From Candidatus Poribacteria bacterium (GTDB taxonomy: Bacteria; Poribacteria; WGA-4E; WGA-3G), in assembly GCA_965197475.1 (NCBI GenBank), contig CBDANF010000003.1, forward strand, positions 2,624,001 to 2,688,000: DNA of 64,000 bases. The letters run 5' to 3'. Below, piece after piece: positions 49,970 to 59,701 of the stretch (its first letter is position 1; each line of letters opens with the position of its first letter). The notes beneath the pieces were generated by a model that saw nothing but the letters and a program-made list of their open reading frames with translations, did no database searches and was not told where the DNA came from. The translations under genes were made by a program, and so were the position numbers.

Positions 49970-50240
49970 GTAGGTTGGGTAGAGCGCAGCGAAACCCAAC
50001 CTACATCTACATTTGGAACTTATTATCAAACTCATGTTAATTATATACGCTGTGGTAAGAGCGGTTTCCTAACAGCATTATAGGTAATTTAAGAAACACT
50101 ACACGCTTAACCCAGAAACGGTAGGAGCAGTTCCTAACCGCTCCGTGTCGGACACAAAAACCGAACCTTACGCGCCCATTTCAGACAACTCGTGGACCGT
50201 TGCTGGGATAAGTCCGGTTCGGTTGGGCAACCGGACCTAC
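49970..50240. repeat. GTAG-type REP palindromes
   Basis: gtaggttgggtagagcgcagcgaaacccaacctac (49970-50004); gtaggagcagttcctaaccgctcc; inverted ccggttcggttgggcaaccggacctac. Confidence 0.75.
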
Positions 50241-50272
50241 CATCGGATTTTTTATAAAACAACGGAGGCGAT

Positions 50273-51388
50273 ATGAAAGGTATCAAAGTACTCAGCACAA
50301 TTATCGGTTTTCTGTTTCTTACCTCAGGCTACCTAATAGCCGACCAACTCGTTACCGCTCAGGATCCAAAATATCCTCATTTCAAAAACTTAGTGAAACC
50401 TAAATATCCGAAGGAAGCCAAAAGGGCAGAGAAAGAGGGAAAAGTTGTTCTCACAGCAACCATTGATGTGAATGGGATACCACAAAACATTGTAGCACTT
50501 ACAAAGCTCGGTTTCGGATTTGAGGAAGCAGCGATCGAAGCACTAAAGAAAACTACTTTCTATCCTGCTACTAAGAAAGGAAAACCGTTCAGTGTTGTAG
50601 TTAAGGTGCCTTTTGAATTTAAACTGGAGTCTTCCGATTCTAAAATGGTGTTTATCCCAGCAGGTGAGTTCCAGATGGGGAGCAATAAAGGTCATCCTGA
50701 CGAAAAGCTGTCACATCCCATCTATCTTGATGCCTTTTATATGGATAAATATGAGGTGACGAATGCAGAATATAAAGCGTTTGTTGATGCCAATCCACAG
50801 TGGGGAAAAGACCAAATTCTGCGCACATACCATGATGGCTATTACTTAGTAAATTGGATTGGCAACGATTACCCGATCGGAGAAGGCAACCACCCAGTCG
50901 TCTATGTCAGTTGGTATGCAGCGATGGCGTACGCAAAATGGGTAGGCAAAAGGTTACCGACAGAGGCTGAATGGGAAAAAGCTGCTCGCGGTGGGTTGAT
51001 AGGTAAAACGTATCCGTGGGGCGATTCAATTGATGCAACACAAGCAAACTATTATAAGAACATTGACGGGACAACTATGCCAGTCGGGTCTTATCCCGCT
51101 AACGAGTTCGGGTTGTATGACATGGCAGGAAACGTAACGGAGTGGTGCCTTGATAGGTATGATGCAAATTTCTATATCAGTTCTCCGCGCCAAAATCCAA
51201 TTGCGGGTGCTAACAGCATTGATGAAGTCATAAATAATTTCATTACTTTAAAAAACAATCGCGTGTTACGGGGTGGTTCTTGGCTCCACATTCCTGAAAA
51301 CTTGCGCGTCTCTGATCGCGCATGGAGAACACCTACGGACACAAATCCTAATGAAGGGTTTCGGTGTGTTAAGCCGGTGAAACCTTAA
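50273..51388 (+). CDS. TonB C-terminal domain + FGE-sulfatase (SUMF1/CLec-fold) fusion protein
   Basis: Signal peptide; PKYP..A...EKEG.V......D..G...F.PA...G.P (TonB_C); IPAGEFQMG, YEVTN.EY, RLPTEAEWEKAARGG, GLYDM.GNV.EW and RGGSW...GFRC. Confidence 0.88.
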   Translation: MKGIKVLSTIIGFLFLTSGYLIADQLVTAQDPKYPHFKNLVKPKYPKEAKRAEKEGKVVLTATIDVNGIPQNIVALTKLGFGFEEAAIEALKKTTFYPATKKGKPFSVVVKVPFEFKLESSDSKMVFIPAGEFQMGSNKGHPDEKLSHPIYLDAFYMDKYEVTNAEYKAFVDANPQWGKDQILRTYHDGYYLVNWIGNDYPIGEGNHPVVYVSWYAAMAYAKWVGKRLPTEAEWEKAARGGLIGKTYPWGDSIDATQANYYKNIDGTTMPVGSYPANEFGLYDMAGNVTEWCLDRYDANFYISSPRQNPIAGANSIDEVINNFITLKNNRVLRGGSWLHIPENLRVSDRAWRTPTDTNPNEGFRCVKPVKP

Positions 51389-51671
51389 TACCTTATACGA
51401 TTTCTGATTGAAAATACTCTTTTAAAGATTCGTAATCTATGGTATACTAAAGTTTGGACAATTTCTGTCTGTTTCATGTTGTGTTCTCAAGTCCTTTCTA
51501 TTTTTCTACGAGTTTTGTGCGAAGTTGTAACCCACAAAAAAACTATTATAGGTTTAGCAAAGGCATCCCCAGCGGGGCGAAATGTTTATCAATAAATCTT
51601 ATATTGATGCCTAAGGTGTTTCTATTGACCTTGACTATCACTCAAGAACTCTAAAAATTGTCCAAAGTATA

Positions 51672-51876
51672 ACCCAAGTTGCCACCTACTAACATGAAAA
51701 CGTCATCTACACAGAATTTTCAGATAAGTGCTACTCACAGTTACTGGACATACCGCTCCGCTGGAGCGGAAGAAAGGACTAACTTTTTCTATAAACATAT
51801 CGCTCCGCTGGAGCGGAAGATTAAACACCCCAACGATAAGAGAATTGATTGATTTTCAAAAGGTAGCAACTTGGGT
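51672..51876. mobile_element. MITE-like element (ACCCAAGTTGC ends), copy 2
   Basis: TIRs acccaagttgccacct / aggtagcaacttgggt; perfect 8-bp flanking duplication AAAGTATA (51664-51671 and 51877-51884); interior has two acata(c/t)cgctccgctggagcggaaga copies. Confidence 0.85.
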
Positions 51877-51887
51877 AAAGTATAGTA

Positions 51888-51927
51888 AAAGGAAATGGGA
51901 CAGTTTAAGAGCTGTCCCATTTCCTTT
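51888..51927 (-). terminator. Intrinsic terminator (possibly bidirectional)
   Basis: Perfect 16-bp stem aaaggaaatgggacag / ctgtcccatttccttt downstream of the methyltransferase pair. Confidence 0.8.
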
Positions 51928-51960
51928 AAGTTAGTTTGGGATTTATACGTATTCAGAACC

Positions 51961-52821
51961 TTATTGTATCAAACGCGCATGTGCTGTCACGTGTAGCGGT
52001 AAGAAAAATGGACGTTTTGATGAAAGCACTTCCTGACGGAGCCTTTCCCTTAATGTATCTATACCCACTTGTTCCGCTGTTGCTATTCCATATTTTTCAA
52101 TAAGTGGAAGTAGACTCTGAAAAATAGTTGCCATATATCGGTACCCTGCCCAATTCGCTGCTGCACCGATGGGGGCGTGGAAGTGCATCTGCGGTGGAGG
52201 TAAACCTGCCTCAACAAAAACCCGATATAGTCCAATCCCCATGTTAAGATGTGCCCCTGAATGCTCAAACACCTCCAAAATCCACTGGTAAAGTTGATTC
52301 ATAAGGGGTGTATCTGGGTGTGAGAACGCAGGATAAAGTGTATATTCCGGTTCCTGAAAAGCAACGACTCCACCAGACTTTAGATGTGTAATTAATTCCG
52401 CTAACGCCGCTACTGGATCAGCCATATACATCAGCACAAATCGACCAACAAGCGCGTCAAATTTATTTTCAAAAGCGATTGATTGAGCATCACCAGCAAT
52501 GAATCCAACATTTTTCATACCAGCATCGACTGCACGTTGGCGCGCCGTTTCCAGAATCGCTGGATTGACATCAACGCCAACGACTTGTCCTGATGTTCCG
52601 ACAAGTTCAGCAAGGGTAAAAGCAACATCGCCAGCACCACTCCCGATTTCAAGCACCCGCATTCCAGTTCCAATGCCTGCGCATTCACAGAGAAGTCTTG
52701 TTGATTCTCCATAGATTCTGGATTGCTCAATGAGCCGCGTTGTTTCGTGTGAGGTTCGCCCTAAGGTGTAGGTAGCATCGCGATTTAATGCAGACGAATT
52801 CTGTGAATGGTTTTCTGCCAT
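51961..52821 (-). CDS. Class I SAM-dependent methyltransferase (paralog 1)
   Basis: VLEIGSGAGD, GVDVN and FDALVGRFVLMY motifs. Confidence 0.9.
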   Translation of the reverse strand: MAENHSQNSSALNRDATYTLGRTSHETTRLIEQSRIYGESTRLLCECAGIGTGMRVLEIGSGAGDVAFTLAELVGTSGQVVGVDVNPAILETARQRAVDAGMKNVGFIAGDAQSIAFENKFDALVGRFVLMYMADPVAALAELITHLKSGGVVAFQEPEYTLYPAFSHPDTPLMNQLYQWILEVFEHSGAHLNMGIGLYRVFVEAGLPPPQMHFHAPIGAAANWAGYRYMATIFQSLLPLIEKYGIATAEQVGIDTLRERLRQEVLSSKRPFFLPLHVTAHARLIQ

Positions 52822-52833
52822 GCGTTAAACTTT

Positions 52834-53670
52834 TTATGTTGGAAGAGATACATGTGCTGTGACGTGTGGAGGCAGCATAATTGGTCGTTTTGATGCAGCG
52901 ACTTCTGCTTGTATACGGGCTGCGAGCGTGTCTATATCTAACTTATCAGCGGTAGCAATCTCGTAAGCCTCAAGCAACGGTAGCATACTCCGAAAACTGT
53001 TCTGGAGATAATCGTATCCAGGCCAATCTTCGGGACCACCCATGGGTGCTTCAAAATGTAACGCGGGTTCGGGCAAACCAGCGTCAACAAAGGCTTTGTA
53101 GAGTTCCATTCCCATTTCAACATGTGCGCCGGAACGTTCAAACACGGTGCGTCCCCACTCAATTAAATCATTTATCAAAGGTGTATCTGGATGTACAGCA
53201 ACAGCATAAGGCGAAAAATCAACTTCTTGAAAGGCAACGATTCCACCGGGGCGTAGGTGCGTTGCCAAATGTTTGAGCGCATCTGCGGGATCCGCCATAT
53301 ACATTAGCACAAGTCTGCCGACAACGGCATCAAAATCGTTAGAAAGTTCAAGCGTTCGGGTATCACCCGCTATGAATTCAATATTTGTGACACCTGCTGC
53401 GTTCACACGCGCTTTCGCTGTCTCAAGAATATCAGCGTTGACATCTACTCCAATAACAATGCCTTCGGGACCAACAAATTCGGCAAGCGTGAGGGCAACG
53501 TCACCAGCACCACTGCCAACATCAAGGACTTTCATGCCTTTGGCAATACCGCTCCTCAGAAAAAACCGCCGTGTCACATCATCATAGAGTTGTGACTGTT
53601 TAATCAGTCGTTCCGTTTCTGATTCGCTCCTACCCATTGTATATTCTGCATCCCTGTTTTGATTACTCAT
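52834..53670 (-). CDS. Class I SAM-dependent methyltransferase (paralog 2)
   Basis: VLDVGSGAGD and FDAVVGRLVLMY motifs; collinear with paralog 1. Confidence 0.9.
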   Translation of the reverse strand: MSNQNRDAEYTMGRSESETERLIKQSQLYDDVTRRFFLRSGIAKGMKVLDVGSGAGDVALTLAEFVGPEGIVIGVDVNADILETAKARVNAAGVTNIEFIAGDTRTLELSNDFDAVVGRLVLMYMADPADALKHLATHLRPGGIVAFQEVDFSPYAVAVHPDTPLINDLIEWGRTVFERSGAHVEMGMELYKAFVDAGLPEPALHFEAPMGGPEDWPGYDYLQNSFRSMLPLLEAYEIATADKLDIDTLAARIQAEVAASKRPIMLPPHVTAHVSLPT

Positions 53671-53797
53671 TTTAATTTATCTCACCTTTAAAAAGTAAGA
53701 CACCAACTGTGGAGTGTCTACGTATTTTAGATTTTACTATTATTCGGTATGTGTTAGGGAGCAGTTTGAAACCATTCCCTATTAAGAAACAATAACG

Positions 53798-56407
53798 TTA
53801 GAAATTGTAACCGATTTTGGTATACCAGAAAGCACCACCAAACCCGTAAGGACTATATTCACCGAAAGGTCTGCCAACGATTGAACCTGTAAAGTTTTCA
53901 ATATTCGGATCTGACCAAGTAATGTTATTAGGTTCAACATTGAATACATTATTGACACCAACCGTGATACCTAAGTTATCAGAAAATGCATAGTTAAATT
54001 CAAGATCAACTAAAAACACGTCGTCATAGATTTGTGAACCGACAGCGTATTCGAACCAAGGTCCGTAATAATTAACACGTCCCAAAACTCCTAAATTACC
54101 GACAACATTTTGTGTTAACGTCACGTTCCCGCGATGCTTGGGTAGCCCTTCTTCTAATAGCCGCACCCGTGAGTCGTCCAAAATATCCGCGTTGCGTTTG
54201 GTAACTTCAGTCTCAGTGTAGTTATATGCAAGACTCACAACACCTTTGGCGATTGGTGCTGTAAGAACCATGTCAATACCTTGCGTACTTGTTTCAAATT
54301 CGTTGGTAAAAAATCGGAATTCTTGCAGGTTTCCGGCACTCGTGATGCCTTCATCAACCAGTTGTTGAATTTGCTCCTCCTTAATATCTTCACCGCGTTG
54401 AAAGTCTTTAGAGGGCGCCAGCCGATCTTCTACTTTGATATTGAAATAATCTATTGTAACACTAACAACATCATCACTAATAACTGTTCCAACAGAAAAG
54501 TTTTTTGACTTTTCAGGTTCAAGTGCCTTACCACCCACCAAACCTGCGGCAGCATGGGTAGAAGGAATAGTGCCTTTATTGACCAAGGTATTATTTTCAC
54601 CAAATTCCGTTGTGACGTTAAAGGCATTTTGTTGCCCTGGTGTCGGTGCACGGAAACCGGTACTGTAACTGCCACGAACTCTCAAGTCTACCTCAGGATC
54701 AAGTGTAAGAAATTCCATGAGGTCGTCGCTGAAAGCATAACTCGTTGCAACTTTGTAGTTGATTGTGCTACCAAAATCATCAAAGTTTTCGGCTCGGATA
54801 GCAGCACTAACAACCCATGGGTCAATCGGTTTCAATTCCGTTTCTAAATATCCCGCGAAATTGGCACGCGTCCAATCGCCTTGCGCAATATCGCTGAAAC
54901 CGGGAAACCCGTTTGAACCTGAACTAAATCCTTGGCTTGCCAGTGGACCAATTTCCCAAGACTCTTTTTGTCCCTGCACAATTTCAAAAGTCTCTGTGCG
55001 ATATTCTGCGCCAGCGGCGAGGAAAACGAGGTCATGCAATGGATAGGTCAAGTCAAGGTTAATATTGGTATCTGCTTGGATATAATCACCCGGATCAAAT
55101 TCGGTTGGTGTATCGGGTCCAAGAGATGCATTCACTGTGTTTTTTATGAAAAAATCAGAAGCGTGCCTTCCATAAGATGCGCTCAAATCCCATCCTAAAT
55201 CCTCAGCGACTGTTCCCCTTAGTCCAACAAGACCGGAAACGTCTTGGGTATCTGCACCGAATCGGGGGGTAAACCCACCGGGAAAAAGTTCTTGGAATGT
55301 GAAAAGTTCATCATCCTCAAGAACTTGTTGTAAAGCCTCTGGGTCTGGAACATTATCGGTTATCTGGACCACAGGAACTTCGCCTTCTCCGGACAAACGT
55401 CCAACGAGTAAGGTTTCCCCACCATCGTTACTAAAAACAGCTGGTCGGGTATTGGGATTTCGGAAATAGAACCCGCCTTCAACTTGCTTCTGCGCGTAGT
55501 TCGCATGACCGTAGAGTTGAATGTTATTGACAATATCAATCCCATAGTTTGCAAAGAGCTTGATGTCGTCTCTAATAATCGGGTGTCCCCAGGGTTGAGC
55601 GGGATTGGCAACATTGCTATTTCCTGCGGCGGAAAGTGCGGCTGCATCATCCCGTTGTACTGAACGATCTGTCTCGTCCGCATTACCGTATTCCAAACTA
55701 AGGTTTGCCCAGATATCTTCTCGTCCTAAACCGATATTACCAGCGACAGAATATGTCAGACCGTCACTAAATTGGTAAATACCGGGTTTAATTACCAAAG
55801 AACCGCCTTTGTAACCGTCTTTTAATTGTAAGTTCATCACACCGGCAATAGCATCGGAACCGTATTGTGCCGATGCACCATCTCGTAGAACTTCCATCTG
55901 TTTAATCGCAATAGAAGGAATAGGTGAGAGGTCCGCACCTTGCGAACCATCGGATAATCCGTTGCCGAGCCAAGTAATAACAGAAGCGCGGTGGCGCCGT
56001 TTGCCGTTGACGAGTAACAACGTATGATCAGGTGCTAATCCTCGTAGGTTAGCAGGACGCACGACGGTTGCTGCATCAGCAATAGGCTGCGCATTCACAT
56101 TGTAAGAGGGCACCAAATTTCTTAATAGATCAGGCAAATCTGTCCCACCCTGTTTAACAAAGTCGTCGCTGAGCACGACATCAATAGGCACAGTGGATTC
56201 AAGAATGGAACGTGGCTTTGCACGCGTGCCGACAATAACCAAACCTTCAAGTTCCACGACTTCTTGGTCAGATGATGCTTCGCTTGATTCAGTTTCAGTA
56301 TCGCTTTCATGGTTATCTGCTACAGCGACAGGTAAAAAAACCATAGAAACCGCTAATGCTATGTAAAACGAGAGCAGAAACGGCTTAATATCAGATGTAC
56401 CTTTCAT
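53798..56407 (-). CDS. TonB-dependent receptor (paralog 1)
   Basis: Signal peptide; VIVGTR TonB-box region; LRGL.PD.TL.LVNGKR; EVLRDGASAQYGSDAIAGV.N; terminal GYNF. Confidence 0.93.
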   Translation of the reverse strand: MKGTSDIKPFLLSFYIALAVSMVFLPVAVADNHESDTETESSEASSDQEVVELEGLVIVGTRAKPRSILESTVPIDVVLSDDFVKQGGTDLPDLLRNLVPSYNVNAQPIADAATVVRPANLRGLAPDHTLLLVNGKRRHRASVITWLGNGLSDGSQGADLSPIPSIAIKQMEVLRDGASAQYGSDAIAGVMNLQLKDGYKGGSLVIKPGIYQFSDGLTYSVAGNIGLGREDIWANLSLEYGNADETDRSVQRDDAAALSAAGNSNVANPAQPWGHPIIRDDIKLFANYGIDIVNNIQLYGHANYAQKQVEGGFYFRNPNTRPAVFSNDGGETLLVGRLSGEGEVPVVQITDNVPDPEALQQVLEDDELFTFQELFPGGFTPRFGADTQDVSGLVGLRGTVAEDLGWDLSASYGRHASDFFIKNTVNASLGPDTPTEFDPGDYIQADTNINLDLTYPLHDLVFLAAGAEYRTETFEIVQGQKESWEIGPLASQGFSSGSNGFPGFSDIAQGDWTRANFAGYLETELKPIDPWVVSAAIRAENFDDFGSTINYKVATSYAFSDDLMEFLTLDPEVDLRVRGSYSTGFRAPTPGQQNAFNVTTEFGENNTLVNKGTIPSTHAAAGLVGGKALEPEKSKNFSVGTVISDDVVSVTIDYFNIKVEDRLAPSKDFQRGEDIKEEQIQQLVDEGITSAGNLQEFRFFTNEFETSTQGIDMVLTAPIAKGVVSLAYNYTETEVTKRNADILDDSRVRLLEEGLPKHRGNVTLTQNVVGNLGVLGRVNYYGPWFEYAVGSQIYDDVFLVDLEFNYAFSDNLGITVGVNNVFNVEPNNITWSDPNIENFTGSIVGRPFGEYSPYGFGGAFWYTKIGYNF

Positions 56408-56518
56408 AATTTACTCTCCCTTTTTATATGCAAAATACGAGGGTATTGGTTAAATAATGATGCGGTAATTAGTGGGTACCCTCTGAACCACTCTGCATCA
56501 CATTTCAATTAGAGTAGA

Positions 56519-56551
56519 GTTAATGATAACACTTATGACAAAAATTGTCAA
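56519..56551 (-). promoter_or_regulatory. Sigma70-type promoter overlapped by a Fur-like box
   Basis: Minus strand TTGACA-17 bp-TATCAT; GTTAATGATAACACTTATG (56519-56537) matches the canonical Fur box GATAATGATAATCATTATC at 14/19 positions. Confidence 0.6.
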
Positions 56552-56632
56552 TCAAAATCAAACTAATAAACTGATTAAGTAGGCATGAATTGTAGATTTA
56601 CAAACACGCCTACCGAGTTTTTGTTACATATT

Positions 56633-59404
56633 TTAGAAACTGTAACCGACTTTAGCATACCAGTACGCGCCATCAAACCCAAACGGACTGAATTGTCCGT
56701 ATTTGTTACCAACAGAAGCAGCAGCATTCGGATTTTCATCGGGAAAGGTATTAAGGATATTTCTTCCACCGAGAGTGAGAGCCAATCCGGACTCCACGGT
56801 GTAAGTGGTTTCTAAGTCGAAAATAACCCTTCCAGTGTATTCTCCAGTTCCTTCCACATCTGGATTCTGTAAGTAATCTTCAGAATCGAACCAACCGCTG
56901 AAATAACTGGCGCGCCCGAGCACTCCCCACGCATCCGTTATGGATTGACCGACAGTCAGGCTTCCGCGGTGTTTAGGTAAATTCTCTTGCAGTTCCCGGA
57001 TTCGATCAGCGTTCAGTGTGGTAGAATCGAAGAAAGCTTCAAGTTCAGGAGTTAATTCGACAGCAGGATCGAAATCAGAAGGTAATTCGTCGAGTTCTCC
57101 GTCGACTACGAGATGGGTAACCTTAGTTGACGTGAAGTTATACACGGCGATGAGGTTTCCGTTGGGCATTGGTGCTGTAATGACAAAGTCAATACCATTG
57201 GTTGTGGAATTGAAGTCATTGATAAAGAACTGGAATGTTTCCAGATTCGCTGCACTGGTTACACCTGAGTCGATGAGCTGCTCCTTCTGCCCGTCAGTCA
57301 ATGTATAGTGTTGTGACACCGATAACCGGTTTTTCAACCGAATATCAAATAAGTCCATCGTGAAGTTTACGCCCAAAATATCAACGGTAAATCCACCTGT
57401 GAAGTTATTTGATGTTTCCGGGTCAAGCGAGTTATCTTCCTTGCCTGTCACAACACCGACAGCAGAGTTGGTGGAAGGAATTGTTCCTTTATTAACGAGA
57501 TCACCCTTCTCAAAATCGTATTCAGTGGTAATATTGAACGTATTTTGCTGCCCGGGTGTTGGTGCGCGGAACCCAGTACTATAACTTCCCCGCAACCGCA
57601 TCGTTTCCGTAACCTTGTAGTTTACAGCGGCTTTGTAGTTCAGGGTGCCACCGAAAATCTCAAATTGTTCACCGCGCACAGCCAGCGCGATCAGGAGCGG
57701 ATCAATCGGTCTGATTTCAGTTTCCAGATACGCCGCAACGTTGTAACGGTGCCATTTGCCTGCCGCAACTGGGCTGAACCCCGAAAATCCGTTGGAGGCA
57801 GCAGTGAAGCCTTGCGCTGCGAGGGGCCCGATCTGATGCGACTCGCGTTCGCCCTCTATGATTTCAAATCCTTCGTCCCGATATTCCAAACCAGAAGCGA
57901 GGAATACCATGTCGTTCAACAGATAGGTTACATCAAAGTTGAGGTTGTAATCTGTCTGGATATAATCGCCCGGATCAAAGTATGTCGGTGTATCTGGTCC
58001 GAGGGAAGCATTGACGGTATTGAAGATAAAGAAATCGGCATGGTGCCGTCCAAAAGAACCACTCACATCCCACGTTAGGGGGTTGCCTAACGCTTCTTCC
58101 AGAGCAGTGCCCTTAACGCCAACGACGACGGAACTATCCCATGCGAACGCGCCAAATCTGGGGGTGAATCCGCCTGGAAACATCTCCTGGAATGTGAATA
58201 GATTCGGGTCATTCTTGACTGCTTGCAACCGTTCTGGATCAGGAACATCGTCGGTTATCGGGATATCGTCAGCATCGTGAGGTGACAGTTCGGGAAACGC
58301 CTCTCCGGCCTCCACTGCTGCCGCATTTTCGGCTTCCCAATCTGCCTTTCGGGCTTCCCAGGCTGCCATCTCGTCTGTCAAACCTCGCAAATCCCCGACG
58401 AGCAATATATCGCTATCGGCTTTGCTAAACACGCCATTGCGAGTGTTTGGATTTCGGAAATAGAATCCACCTTCAACCCGCTTGCGGGCGTAGTTGGCAT
58501 GCCCATAAAAATCAATGGTATCTGTGAGAGTAGCACCGTAGTTGGCAAACAATTTGGTGTCACCCTCTATAATCGGCTGTCCCCAAATTTGCGCGGGGTC
58601 TTTCACTCTGAAATTGCCTGCGTTAATCAAGTTTATCGCATCAGTGCGTTGCACAGAACGGATGGTCGGATCTGCGCCACCGTATTCAAAACTGAGGCTA
58701 CTCCACGCGTCTGGGGTACCTAAACCGATATTGCCAGCGAGCGCAAACTGCTGACCATCGCCGTACTGGTAGATACCGGGTTTAAATTCAAACGAACCGC
58801 CTTCGTAGTTGTCTTTCAATTGAAAATTCATCACCCCAGCAATGGCATCAGAACCGTATTGTGCGGATGCTCCATCTCGTAGCACCTCAACCTGTCTCAG
58901 CGCGATTGCCGGAATAGCCGACAGATCAGGCCCCTGTGAACCATCAGATAAACCGTTCCCGAGCCAGTGAATCACTGAGGCACGGTGTCGACGCTTGTTA
59001 TTGACCAGTACCAGCGTATGATCTGGGGCAAGCCCCCGTAAATTCGCCGGACGCACCACCGTTGACGCATCACTAATCGGTTGTGTATTGATGTTGTAAG
59101 ACGGCACCAAAGTTCTCAGCAAATCCGGTAGATCTGCGCCGCCCTGCTTTTCAAAGGATTTGTTTGACACAACATCAATCGGGACCGCTGAATCCAAGAT
59201 AGAACGCGGTCTTGCCCGCGTACCGACGACCACTACGCTCTCAATTTCAACAACGTCTTCTTCAGAGGTCGCTTCCGTCGATTCAGACTCAGCCGCTTCT
59301 GTGCTTTCTTCCTGTGCTACTGAGATAGGTAAATATACCATACAAACGGCAAAAGCGATGAACATCGCAAGCAGAAAGGGTTTAAAATTAAATGTGACTT
59401 TCAT
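56633..59404 (-). CDS. TonB-dependent receptor (paralog 2)
   Basis: Same plug motifs as paralog 1; terminal GYSF; RBS aaggag. Confidence 0.93.
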   Translation of the reverse strand: MKVTFNFKPFLLAMFIAFAVCMVYLPISVAQEESTEAAESESTEATSEEDVVEIESVVVVGTRARPRSILDSAVPIDVVSNKSFEKQGGADLPDLLRTLVPSYNINTQPISDASTVVRPANLRGLAPDHTLVLVNNKRRHRASVIHWLGNGLSDGSQGPDLSAIPAIALRQVEVLRDGASAQYGSDAIAGVMNFQLKDNYEGGSFEFKPGIYQYGDGQQFALAGNIGLGTPDAWSSLSFEYGGADPTIRSVQRTDAINLINAGNFRVKDPAQIWGQPIIEGDTKLFANYGATLTDTIDFYGHANYARKRVEGGFYFRNPNTRNGVFSKADSDILLVGDLRGLTDEMAAWEARKADWEAENAAAVEAGEAFPELSPHDADDIPITDDVPDPERLQAVKNDPNLFTFQEMFPGGFTPRFGAFAWDSSVVVGVKGTALEEALGNPLTWDVSGSFGRHHADFFIFNTVNASLGPDTPTYFDPGDYIQTDYNLNFDVTYLLNDMVFLASGLEYRDEGFEIIEGERESHQIGPLAAQGFTAASNGFSGFSPVAAGKWHRYNVAAYLETEIRPIDPLLIALAVRGEQFEIFGGTLNYKAAVNYKVTETMRLRGSYSTGFRAPTPGQQNTFNITTEYDFEKGDLVNKGTIPSTNSAVGVVTGKEDNSLDPETSNNFTGGFTVDILGVNFTMDLFDIRLKNRLSVSQHYTLTDGQKEQLIDSGVTSAANLETFQFFINDFNSTTNGIDFVITAPMPNGNLIAVYNFTSTKVTHLVVDGELDELPSDFDPAVELTPELEAFFDSTTLNADRIRELQENLPKHRGSLTVGQSITDAWGVLGRASYFSGWFDSEDYLQNPDVEGTGEYTGRVIFDLETTYTVESGLALTLGGRNILNTFPDENPNAAASVGNKYGQFSPFGFDGAYWYAKVGYSF

Positions 59405-59453
59405 TAATCATACTCCTTAGAATATTCTTTGTCTTAAATAACGTAACTGCACT

Positions 59454-59555
59454 TATAGTAAAACTTACAATTATTGAGATATATTGTAAACGAACTATGT
59501 AAGCACGCCTTGACATTTAATAGGTAAATGCCTACATATTCCATATTTTACTATA
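59454..59555. mobile_element. Possible MITE-like element with TATAGTAAAA ends
   Basis: tatagtaaaa ... ttttactata; same ends as 36229-36354. Confidence 0.45.
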
Positions 59556-59647
59556 GAAACAAGAAACGATTCAAGTTTAGACTCTAAAATTGGCATCCGA
59601 ACTTTTCGGAAACCGATTTGTTGAACATTCAACTGTGTGATTCACAA

Positions 59648-59676
59648 ATTATAACATAAGTTTCACTTGAAGTCAA
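59648..59676 (-). promoter_or_regulatory. Sigma70-type promoter for the TonB receptor at 59404
   Basis: Minus strand TTGACT-17 bp-TATAAT with TG extended -10. Confidence 0.7.
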
Positions 59677-59701
59677 AAGAAAAATTTGATATATTTATGA
59701 T

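Noticed and set aside
51255-51388. DGR target at the C-terminus of the FGE/CLec domain
   Set aside because: No adenine-rich template copy and no reverse transcriptase were seen in the window; a remote DGR cannot be excluded.
51454-51934. Short ORFs 51454-51654 and 51728-51934 (also 42835-43062 and 63263-63505)
   Set aside because: They are translations of intergenic REP/MITE sequence with no coding features.
59640-59660. Zur box near the ZIP gene
   Set aside because: Only a half-site (TTATAACAT) is present, and it is explained by the extended -10 of the minus-strand promoter.
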